NCBI GenBank assembly: GCA_963840855.1
Contig: CAWJBB010000068.1
Span: 32,001-96,000 of the forward strand
DNA: 64,000 nucleotides
Source of the DNA: an uncultured delta proteobacterium
GTDB lineage: Bacteria; Desulfobacterota; Binatia; UBA9968
Reading direction: 5' to 3'
The notes below the pieces were generated by a model, which did not search any database, was not told the DNA's origin, and saw only the letters and a program-made list of their open reading frames with translations. This document shows, one piece after another, positions 55,258-64,000 of the stretch. The translations under genes were made by a program, and so were the position numbers. Position 1 is the stretch's first letter; every line of letters starts with the position of its first letter.

Positions 55258-57417
55258 CGCACATCACCGCCCGTGATTTCGGTTAAGAGTCCTTCCGTTT
55301 CTTTTTCCAACGCCAGGATGTCGGCGCGAATCTCCTCAAGCGATCCGGAGCGGCTGCGGTTTGTAGAAGTGGCGAGTGAAGGAGATTTCGTAGCCGACCT
55401 CGGTCTTGCTTTCATCGATCCACGCGTCGGGCGTGTAGGGCAACACTTCGCGGCGGATGAATGCTTCGATACCGCCTTCTTCGAGCAGCGGTACTTGCTC
55501 GGTATCGCGCAGTTCGGAGTCGGGCTCGTATTCGACAACTGCGGGCTTGCCGTCGACCGTGGCCGTGAATAGCCCGCGACAGTGGATCAGGCTCCACCTT
55601 GCCGGGTTTGTGGACTCTCGCAATCACCTCGCTTGCGTCTTCGTCACGCTCAGCAAGTACGGTCTGAAGGAGCTTCTTTCGTTTCGTGCTGAGTTTCACC
55701 CCGTGCTTGTCAGTGTCGCGCTCAACTGCGGCATAGAAGGCGTTGAAGTCAGTGTGAGGCCCTGACCCAATCGTTTCAGCTACACGATCCACGACGTTGG
55801 CGATTGGCTCCTCATCCGCCTCTATGCAGGCAGCTCCTCATCGCGGAAGGCGACGCCAGAGCTCGATGTCGTCACCGAGATCGACCTTCAGGCGCAGCGG
55901 CCGCTCGACCGTGACCTTCCAATAGCCGAAAGCTTCGTTCGGAAAGATCTTCGACTGCTCGGTTTCTTGAAAGGCGAGGAAATGTATCGCAGATGCGTTG
56001 GATATCGTCGTCCGACAGTTCGCAGTTTTTCTTGCCGAGGTTTTTGCGCAGCGGCTTGAACCATTGGGTTGCGTCGATGAGTTGCACCTTGCCCTTGCGA
56101 TGCTGCGCTTTGCGGTTGCTGATCACCCAGATGTAAGTCGCGATGCCGGTGTTGTAGAACATATTGAGCGGCAGAGCGACGATGGCTTCCAGCCAGTCTT
56201 TCTCGATAATCCAGCGACGGATGTTGCTCTCGCCCTGGCCGGCATCGCCGGTGAAGAGCGACGAGCCATTGTGGACTTCGGCGATGCGGCTGCCGAGCGG
56301 CGTGCCGTGCTTCATCTTCGACAGCATGTTCGCCAGGAAGAGCATTTGCCCGTCACTCGAACGGGTGATGAGGGAATATTCGGGGTCGCCGGCGTGCTCG
56401 ATGATGAAACGAGGGTCCTTGATACCATCCTTGCCGCCCATGCGTTCGAGATCGCTCTTCCAGCTTTTGCCGTAGGGCGGGTTGGAAAGCATAAAGTCGA
56501 ACTCGCGCGAGGGAAAGGCGTCGTTGGAAAGCGTGGAATGCTCGGGGCCGCCAACGATGTTGTCCGCCGCCTCGCCTTCGCCTTTCAGCAGCAGATCGGC
56601 CTTGCAGATCGCATAGGTCTCGGCATTGATCTCTTGACCGTAAAGGTGCGTGGCGACTTCCTTGCCGTGTTCCTTCGCGAGCTGCTGGAGGGTCTCCTCG
56701 CCCACGGTTAGCATGCCGCCGGTGCCGCAGGCACCGTCGTAAAGCAGATAAGTGCCTGACTCGATTCGATCGGCGATAGGCAGGAATATCAGCTTCGCCA
56801 TGAGCCGCACCGCATCGCGCGGCGTCCAGTGCTCCCCGGCTTCTTCGTTGTTTTCCTCGTTGAAGCTTCGAACGAGTTCCTCGAAAATCGATCCCATCGC
56901 ATGGTTATCGAGGCCAGGATGCTTCAGTGAGCCGTCGTTATTGAGCGACAGGGTTGGGGCTCAGGTTGATTGAAGGATCAAGAAACTTCTCGATGAGTGT
57001 GCCGAGTGCATCGGCCTTAGAGAGGCGCGGTATCTGGTTGCGAAACTCGAAGTTGTCGAAGATCTCCTGGACGTTGGGCGAATAGCCATCGAGATAGGCT
57101 TCGAAGTCGGCCTTGAGCTGCTGCTGGCTCGCGCGGGCGCGAAGGTCGCGAAGCGTAAACTTCGACGTGTTGTAGAAAGACTGGCCGGCTGCCTGCCGAA
57201 GCGCTTGATCCTGGTTTGTGATCCCGGCCTTGTCGAGCCTGGTCTTCATATCCAGCACGGCCTGCTTGGTTGGCTCCAAGACCGCGTCAAGACGCCGCAA
57301 AACCGTCATCGGCAGGATCACATCGCGATACTTGCCCCGCACGTAGAGATCGCGGAGCACATCGTCCGCAATACCCCAGATGAAATTCGTAATCCAGTTC
57401 AGGTCACCGTTACTCAT
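55254..57417 (-). CDS. hsdM: Type I R-M methyltransferase subunit M (frameshifted)
   Basis: NFIWGIADDVLRD, YDGACGTGGM, NPPY and VGYEISFTRHFY. Confidence 0.93.
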
Positions 57418-57489
57418 GTACAAATCAACCTCGGAATTTCCGCGGATTCTATTCGATTTGCCAGCCGGGGGGCAAGCAGGCTTTGTGTA

Positions 57490-58720
57490 GTTTAGTGATA
57501 GTTGTTAGTGTTTAGTGATAGTGGTAGAGGATAGAGGTTTTTTGCTACGAGCGCGATAAGGGATACGGATAAAAAAAGGTGGAGATAAGATTAAGTGGGA
57601 AGTTAGATATATAAGCTAAATAAGTTGAGGTAAGAATAATAGGAAAATAGGAGATTTTTTTAGTTTTATGGGGTAAATTATAGCAAGAAGATAAACTTCT
57701 AAAGGTTTGAGAGGGTTTTATTGAAGGCGGGAGACGATAAGAGTAACTAGGTATAAGTAGTAGGTAGAGACAAAGAAATCGCTTTTTTAGTAGCTATTAT
57801 GTATAAGAAGAGAGGAACGAGCGGACTTTCCCAGCGTTGAATTCGTGCGGATGTCTTCAAACATGCTCAGTAATTTTTAGCTGTGTAGCTAGCCTAGTTA
57901 GAGAGATTTAAGAAACAAGAGTAAAATAGAATTTGAGATAGATTTCGAAGAATAGGTAATAGGTAAGAATAAGATGGAGAGATGAGTAATAAGTTTAGAT
58001 GATGTTGCTTGAAAAAAGATTTAGATAGAGAAGGGGCTGTGAGTATGCTCTAGGTGCATAGTACGAACGTAATCAGAAGCCTGCGCAAACGTCCGTTTCC
58101 GTCCAGGAAGGGATGAATGGTTTCAAATTGCGCATGAGTGAGCCCGGCTTTGACCAGGATGGCGTTGACACTGGGTAGTTATGCAGAAACTTTTCCAGAG
58201 CCCCTTGACGGCATCACTTCATCCACGGGAGGTGGCACATAAAAAGCATTTCCCGGTCTAGTGCCGCCAATCCAATTCTGCGAGCGGCGGAATTCTCCCG
58301 GTTCTTTTTCACTTCTCGGGTCTCTTTCATGAGTATGGCGTGTATCTCCTTGAACAGGCGCAAGCTCAACGGGAGCTCATTCCGTAGACGCTCCAATCCG
58401 TGATACATTGAGGCGACGTAATGTGAAACCTCCTGAACATCTGACAACGGCACGCTGGAGCTCTTTGTTTCGACAGGAGCAAATCCGAAAGCGATGATTG
58501 TGTGCCTTCGATTTGGAGGAAAACACCGCTTCCTTGCGCAAGTACGTATACAGAAAGATTGTGGATCGGGCAGCAAAGCGAGGCGCTTTCAAGACGCCCT
58601 AAAGACTCGATTGCCTGATCTTGGAGTTTGTGAAGCTCAAGATCGTATTGGATCGGCGGATCAGGGTAAAGGCGCAGGATAGAAAGAGGCAAAACCCTCG
58701 GGTTACCGCTGCTTGATCCA
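57490..58720 (-). pseudogene. Fic-family protein, heavily degraded or mis-called
   Basis: [16 protein letters not shown] on the minus strand near 58090-58140; IEGTQSSLSDLL and DVQEVSHY N-terminal motifs; 3' half unreadable. Confidence 0.75.
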
Positions 58721-58909
58721 TTTACCAGCGAGACCGGTCATATCATTATTAAGCGATACGTTACTCATTTTGAGGTTATTAAACGATAAGGATGTTTCGT
58801 TTAATAAGCACTGAGCTTATTTAACGATCCCTATCGGCGCGGCCTTCCAAGGCCATGATCTTCCCCAACTTGAAAGTTCCGAGCACCGAGGCTAAGACTA
58901 AATCACCCG

Positions 58910-59528
58910 ATGGCAACACTGCTTTACCAAGATCTCGGGAGAATGGAGTATCAGGCGGCGGTCGCGCTGCAAGAGAAGCTTGTTGTGCTGCGGCAGCAAG
59001 AGCTCGCCGGTGACACCTTGCTCTTCGTCGAGCACCCGCATGTCTATACTTTGGGTCGCGGCGGCAAAGCGGCGAATGTGCTCGCGCCGAAAGACGTCCC
59101 GGTCTATCGCACCAGCCGGGGCGGCGACGTGACCTATCATGGCCCCGGGCAACTAGTCGTTTATCCGATCATCGACCTAAGATCGAAGCTGCGCAAAGAT
59201 GTGCATCGGTACGTAAGAAATTTGGAACAGAGCGCAATCTTAACCTTGGCGGATTTCGGCATTGCCGCGGTGCGCCGCCCGCCGTACACCGGGATTTGGA
59301 TCGACGACAGAAAAATCGCCGCCATCGGCGTCGCCGTGCGCCGCTGTGTGACGTATCATGGCCTTGCCTTGAACGTAAATTCAGACCTGTCTTACTTTCA
59401 GCGCATCGTCCCCTGTGGGCTTGCCTGGGCCGACGTGACCTCGATGGCTAAGGAACTTGGTCGTGCGCAGAATCATGGCGGAGGTTAGAAAACGATTTCT
59501 CCACCATTTCGCTGAACTGTTCGGCTAA
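58910..59528 (+). CDS. lipB: Lipoyl(octanoyl) transferase (3' frameshift near 59480)
   Basis: EHPHVYTLG, RGGDVTYHGPGQ and IVPCGL. Confidence 0.95.
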
Positions 59529-59635
59529 TGCGGATATTAAGCGAAGAGGCAGATCGACGATCGCGCGCTCATCGACGAGTCTCGATGAACAGTTCGGCGA
59601 TTTGAACGCTTTGAACGGCTTGAACGATTTGAACC

Positions 59636-60484
59636 ATGCCTCGCAGACATCCCGACTGGATTAAAGTCAAAGCCCCCGGAGATCCCAATTATCTCCGGTT
59701 GAAACGGCTGATGCGGGAGAAAAACCTCCATACGGTTTGCGAAGAGGCGCGCTGCCCGAACATCGGCGAGTGCTGGGGCAATAAAACCGCGACGTTTTTA
59801 ATTCTCGGCGACACCTGCACCCGCGGCTGCCGCTTTTGCGCCATCGACAAGGGCAAACCACTGGCCCTCGACCCCGAAGAGCCGCGCAACGTCGGGCTGG
59901 TCGTGAAAGACCTCGCTCTCGATCATATCGTCGTCACGTCGGTGAACCGCGACGATCTGCCGGACGGCGGCGCGGCTCATTTTGCCAAGACCGTCTTCTG
60001 GATCAAGACACTGAATCCTGGCATTCGCGTCGAGCTGCTGATTCCCGATTTCGAAGGCAACCGCGATGCTTTGAAAACCGTCGTTGAGTCCGGAATCGAA
60101 ATTCTTAACCACAACATAGAAACCGTCCCGCGCCTGTATGGCAAGGTCCGCCCGGGTCACAGCTACGAGTGCTCTTTGATTATTCTGAAAGAAGCGAAAA
60201 GATTGCGCGACGACATGCTCACCAAATCCGGCTTCATGCTCGGCGTCGGTGAAACCTCCGACGAAGTCATGTCGACTCTTGGCGACTTGCGTGCGCACGG
60301 CGTCGACATCGTTACCATTGGGCAATATTTGCAACCATCCAATCGCCAACTCAAAGTCGAACGCTACGTGACTCCGGACGAATTTCGAGAATTCAAATCG
60401 AAAGCAGACAAACTCGGCTTCCGCCACGTCGAATCCGGCCCCCTGGTTCGCAGCTCCTATCACGCCTGGAGCCATGTCAATTGA
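59636..60484 (+). CDS. lipA: Lipoyl synthase
   Basis: CEEARCPNIGEC, CTRGCRFC and VRSSY. Confidence 0.97.
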   Translation: MPRRHPDWIKVKAPGDPNYLRLKRLMREKNLHTVCEEARCPNIGECWGNKTATFLILGDTCTRGCRFCAIDKGKPLALDPEEPRNVGLVVKDLALDHIVVTSVNRDDLPDGGAAHFAKTVFWIKTLNPGIRVELLIPDFEGNRDALKTVVESGIEILNHNIETVPRLYGKVRPGHSYECSLIILKEAKRLRDDMLTKSGFMLGVGETSDEVMSTLGDLRAHGVDIVTIGQYLQPSNRQLKVERYVTPDEFREFKSKADKLGFRHVESGPLVRSSYHAWSHVN

Positions 60485-60597
60485 AGTCGAGGATAGAGGA
60501 TCGATGTTGGAGGATAGAATTTTACGATCTTCGATCTTCCATCCGCTATCTCAGCTGATCAAGACGAGTCGATGTAAATCCCAAGAGGAGGAGTACC

Positions 60598-60963
60598 ATG
60601 AAAGTATTACGCATGCGTTCGTGGAATTTTCATGCGGAGAATCTCGACGATATGGCGCGTTTTTATCAGGCCGCGCTGGGCGCGGAAATCACCGCCCAAC
60701 AGACCATTGCGGGAGTCAAAGTCATCCGCTTGCGCGCCGGAGAGACCGGACTCGGTTTCTTTGATGCCGCGGAAAAACGCGCGCCAGGCGTGCCGCATCA
60801 TACCTTTGACATCGAAGGGCCTGACGATCCGCAGGAGCTTATCAAGCAGCTCGAGAGCAAGGGCATCAAGAGCGACGGCATGCGTGTGCACGGCCAAGGT
60901 CCCGGCTACTCGGTTTATGTTATCGATCCCAGCGGCAATCGGCTGGAACTTTCCAAGGATTAA
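60598..60963 (+). CDS. VOC (glyoxalase-like) family protein
   Basis: FYQAALG, HHTFDI and YVIDPSGNRLEL; GGAGG SD. Confidence 0.85.
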   Translation: MKVLRMRSWNFHAENLDDMARFYQAALGAEITAQQTIAGVKVIRLRAGETGLGFFDAAEKRAPGVPHHTFDIEGPDDPQELIKQLESKGIKSDGMRVHGQGPGYSVYVIDPSGNRLELSKD

Positions 60964-60966
60964 CCG

Positions 60967-61064
60967 GTTCAAGGTTCAACGTTCAAGGTTCAAAGTTAGG
61001 GCCTGCGCATACGCGGTTGATAATTGGTCGGAATACCTTGAACATTGAACTTTGAACTTTGAAC
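60967..61064. repeat. Heptamer tandem-repeat hairpin (GTTCAAG)n…(TTGAACT)n
   Basis: Four heptamers in each inverted arm; one example of a window-wide class. Confidence 0.75.
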
Positions 61065-61145
61065 GACACACGAAGTGTGATCCCCGCCGCGCGGAATCCG
61101 CCGCTTGACATGGCCGGCACGCATTAGATAGCGTGCCCGCATACT

Positions 61146-62330
61146 ATGCCTGGACGCCCCTTTCTCCAAATTCCCGGTCCGAGCATCGTGCCGGAGCGCG
61201 TCGTTCGGGCGATGTCTCAGCCTCTGATCGATCATCGAGGGCCGGAATTTGCCGTTCTCCTGCGCGAAGTCTTAATTGGACTCAAAGTCCTCTTTCAAAC
61301 CAGCAAAGGTCATGTGCTCCTTTTCCCCGGCTCCGGTACTGGAGGATGGGAGTGCTGTATTGTCAATACGCTTTCGCCCGGGGACCAGGTGTTGGGTTGT
61401 GTGAATGGTCACTTCAGCGATTTGTTTTGCCGCACAGCAACGTCCCATGGTATCGAAGTCCAGCGATTGGAAGTCGAATACGGCGCCGGAGTGCCGGCGG
61501 ACGCAATCGAGGAGCGCCTGCGTCGGGACCTGGACCGCCAAATCAAGGCGGTTCTAGTGGTCCAAACGGAAACCTCCACAGGGGTGACCAGCAGCTTGGC
61601 AGCCGTACGTAAAGCCATCGACGCTGCGGGGCACCCGGCACTGCTGCTGGCCGATGTGGTTAGCTCCCTGGGCTGCACGGACTTGCGCTTCGATGAGTGG
61701 AAACTCGACGTCGCCCTCACTGCGTCGCAAAAAGGGCTTATGCTGCCGCCGGGCATGGCGCTTCTAGCCGTGAGCGAAAAAGCGCTCATGGCGAACCGAT
61801 CAGCCAAGTGCGCGCGCTCGTTCTGGGATTGGCAGGCGGTTTTGGAAAGCAATGCCGAGGGTCATTACCCTTACACCCCTGCGACCGCCTTATTATTCGG
61901 TCTAAGCGAGAGCCTTAAAATGCTCTTTGAAGAAGGACTGGAAAATGTCTTCAAGCGCCACGCGCGGCTGGCCGGCGCCTGCCGCAAAGCGATCGAAGCG
62001 ATGACTCTGAAACTGTTCGCGCAAAACGCCGCGAACTATTCCAGCACGCTGACCGCTGTGGCGATGCCCCAAGGGCTGGACTCCGACGCGTTCATTGATC
62101 ATACGCTGAAGCTTGTCAATCTCCCCCTCGGCAAGGGTCTGGGCAAAGCAAAAGGAAAACTCTTCCGCATCGGACACCTCGGGAGTTTCAACGAGCTGGA
62201 ACTGCTGGCTGTCTTGGGCGGAGTCGAGATGGCGCTGAAAAGTTTCGGCGTGACGTTACCGCTCGGCGCCGGCCTCGCGGCCGCTGAAACTTATCTCTTG
62301 GAAACCACAAATTATCGTTTGCCCTTATGA
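61146..62330 (+). CDS. Class V aminotransferase (serine/alanine-glyoxylate aminotransferase-like)
   Basis: QIPGP, ETSTGV, DVVSS, SQKGLMLPPG and FRIGHLG. Confidence 0.92.
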   Translation: MPGRPFLQIPGPSIVPERVVRAMSQPLIDHRGPEFAVLLREVLIGLKVLFQTSKGHVLLFPGSGTGGWECCIVNTLSPGDQVLGCVNGHFSDLFCRTATSHGIEVQRLEVEYGAGVPADAIEERLRRDLDRQIKAVLVVQTETSTGVTSSLAAVRKAIDAAGHPALLLADVVSSLGCTDLRFDEWKLDVALTASQKGLMLPPGMALLAVSEKALMANRSAKCARSFWDWQAVLESNAEGHYPYTPATALLFGLSESLKMLFEEGLENVFKRHARLAGACRKAIEAMTLKLFAQNAANYSSTLTAVAMPQGLDSDAFIDHTLKLVNLPLGKGLGKAKGKLFRIGHLGSFNELELLAVLGGVEMALKSFGVTLPLGAGLAAAETYLLETTNYRLPL

Positions 62331-63139
62331 AAATCGATCCCAAAAAGTGTGTTGCCTGCGGCAATTGCTTGCCGGTCTGTCCGATGGGCGCGATTTACAT
62401 CGACCCATCGGCGAACCGGGCGCGCATCAACGCGGACGAATGCGTGGAATGCTTTACTTGCCACCGCGGCATGTCGAAGGAGCACCTGAATCCCGTTTTT
62501 GTGCGCGCGATCCGAAGGACGGCCCAGTTCTTTCGCTTTCGCTTCGACCCGGAGCCCGACATCTGTCCCACCGACGCCATCGTGCCGGAAGAGCTGAGCT
62601 GGCCGCGGGTCGTGCGCCGGGCGTTCTCCGATCCTCAGGTGCCGCATGAATCCACCGGCATCCACGGGCGCGGCACCGCGGAGGTCAAGACCAACGATGT
62701 CACTGGTAGAGTGAAGGAAGGCGAAGCCGGATTCGTCATCGAGTTCGGCCGGCCGGGCGTCGGTGCGCGCTTTCGCGACATCGAGCGGATCACCCGCGCC
62801 TTGGCCGAGTTGGGCGTCGAATTTGAAAGCAACAATCCCGTCACCTCGCTCATGAGCGACCCGGCGCGCGGTGTGATCCGCGCAGAGATCCTCAACGAGA
62901 AGATTCTTTCGGCCATCGTCGAGATCAAAGCCAAACTGGATAAGGTGCCTTCGGTCTTGGCGAAAGTGAAAGAACTTTCCCGCCAAGTGGAGACGGTGAT
63001 CAGCGTCGGCGTCTCGACCCGCTGCGACAGCGCGGGGGAAGAGCCGCTGCAGGACATCCTGGAGCGGGAAGGCTATCCCACTTATCGAGGGAAAACTAAT
63101 TTGGGATTGGGACAAGCCACAATGCAAAATTTAAAATGA
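62327..63139 (+). CDS. 4Fe-4S dicluster protein with uncharacterised C-terminal domain
   Basis: CVACGNCLPVCP and CVECFTC…(insert)…CPTDAI; ATGA overlap with the aminotransferase. Confidence 0.8.
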   Translation: MKIDPKKCVACGNCLPVCPMGAIYIDPSANRARINADECVECFTCHRGMSKEHLNPVFVRAIRRTAQFFRFRFDPEPDICPTDAIVPEELSWPRVVRRAFSDPQVPHESTGIHGRGTAEVKTNDVTGRVKEGEAGFVIEFGRPGVGARFRDIERITRALAELGVEFESNNPVTSLMSDPARGVIRAEILNEKILSAIVEIKAKLDKVPSVLAKVKELSRQVETVISVGVSTRCDSAGEEPLQDILEREGYPTYRGKTNLGLGQATMQNLK

Positions 63140-63234
63140 AAATTGAAAGTGCAAGGCAAAGAGCGGAGAATGCTGTCTCACAGCACTATCAGTCATTTTA
63201 TATTTTGCAATTTCCAATTTGCATTCCATAAACG

Positions 63235-63939
63235 ATGACTAACACGCTGCACCGCTACAGCGAGCACTACGCATTCGAGAGGCCGCCGAACCCAGAGCCG
63301 GTTGAGGATGACTTCATCGTTTTCGCCATGGCGAGCCGCGGCATCAACGATGACGACCTTGTCGAGAAGTATCGCGCCTTCTTGCGCCTGGCGCTGAAGT
63401 ATCATCCGGTAAACCTCGGCGACGCCACCAAAGGCGGCATGCTCCGCCCGCGACAGGATTTGAATCCGAAAGCCCACTGGCGGCGCGATCATCGACCCAA
63501 TCCTGAAGCGGTGATCGCGGGCATCGAGGGGCACACCACGGTGGCGGCGGTCTTTGACGATTATCAGGACATGAAAGCGTTTGTCGACGCCGTACGCGGA
63601 GCCAAGCTCGGCATTTCGGTCAACATTAGCGCGCCCATCGACCAAGCGGCGCGTTGCTGCCGCGAGAACGGAATCACACGTCACAGCGTCGAGTACTCCC
63701 TGGGCTTTTGCGGGCGAGTCGACCGCTTGCCGGACGCCACAGTCCTCGAGCTCACGACGATGTGCGGGCATGGCATGGTCTCAGCCAACTTCGCCAAAAA
63801 AATGATCGATTGGGTCAAGGAGAACCGGCGCAGCGCCGCGGCGGCGGCACGCACGATGGCGCGCTTCTGTAGCTGCGGCGTTTTCAACATCAGTAGAGCG
63901 GAAAGCATCCTGAACGAGGCACGGACAAAGAACCGCTAA
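63235..63939 (+). CDS. Hypothetical protein with Cys/His motifs
   Basis: 234 aa with TMCGHG, CSCGVFN, CC and HSVEYSLG. Confidence 0.7.
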   Translation: MTNTLHRYSEHYAFERPPNPEPVEDDFIVFAMASRGINDDDLVEKYRAFLRLALKYHPVNLGDATKGGMLRPRQDLNPKAHWRRDHRPNPEAVIAGIEGHTTVAAVFDDYQDMKAFVDAVRGAKLGISVNISAPIDQAARCCRENGITRHSVEYSLGFCGRVDRLPDATVLELTTMCGHGMVSANFAKKMIDWVKENRRSAAAAARTMARFCSCGVFNISRAESILNEARTKNR

Positions 63940-64000
63940 GACCGCCTCCTGTCACCCCTAACCTCGCTTCACGACCGGTCGCCGACTTGGCTAATCTCTT

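Noticed and set aside
57480-58070. Diversity-generating retroelement variable region
   Set aside because: No template repeat or reverse transcriptase, and the bias affects C rather than A
49640-58850. R-M island as an integrative mobile element
   Set aside because: No integrase, transposase, tRNA target or flanking direct repeats were found by eye
63137-63139. TGA of the Fe-S gene as a selenocysteine codon
   Set aside because: It lies in an AT-rich repeat arm with no coding continuation or SECIS-like hairpin

Overview
This is a GC-rich bacterial chromosomal window. Gene style suggests a Deltaproteobacteria/Binatia-like organism (inference only). Many single-base frameshifts in conserved genes (mrdA, pepA, ccdA, lipB, hsdR/M/S) point to an error-prone long-read consensus. 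From left to right it contains: (1) a divergent pair of ferritin-like and heme-oxygenase-like diiron proteins, a Kelch protein, a YheT hydrolase, putA, a TPP enzyme, GlcG and CnoX; (2) a CMD protein and an OsmC-like gene with an in-frame UGA followed by a SECIS-like hairpin (probable selenoprotein); (3) a ~22 kb signalling island (12.8-34.9 kb) with a sigma54 activator and its apparent target promoter, four orphan ABC-type substrate-binding proteins with no ABC permease or ATPase, a dCache-HAMP-GAF kinase, a REC protein, a REC-cyclase, an MBL hydrolase, a cNMP-TPR-DASS transporter fusion and a CHASE2-cyclase/TPR-barrel/FecR trio. Inside it a VapBC module sits between exact 30-bp copies of the substrate-binding gene 3' end; (4) an isolated transcription unit encoding a 15-aa Lys-rich peptide; (5) housekeeping genes (tlpA-ccdA, folE, pepA, trxA, mreBCD-mrdA-rodA, ppiD); (6) a type I R-M island with GIY-YIG and Fic genes, including a strongly C-depleted stretch; (7) lipB-lipA, a VOC protein, and an aminotransferase followed by an uncharacterised Fe-S gene pair. 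Many intergenic regions carry hairpins built from short tandem repeats. No rRNA, tRNA, CRISPR array or transposase was recognised.
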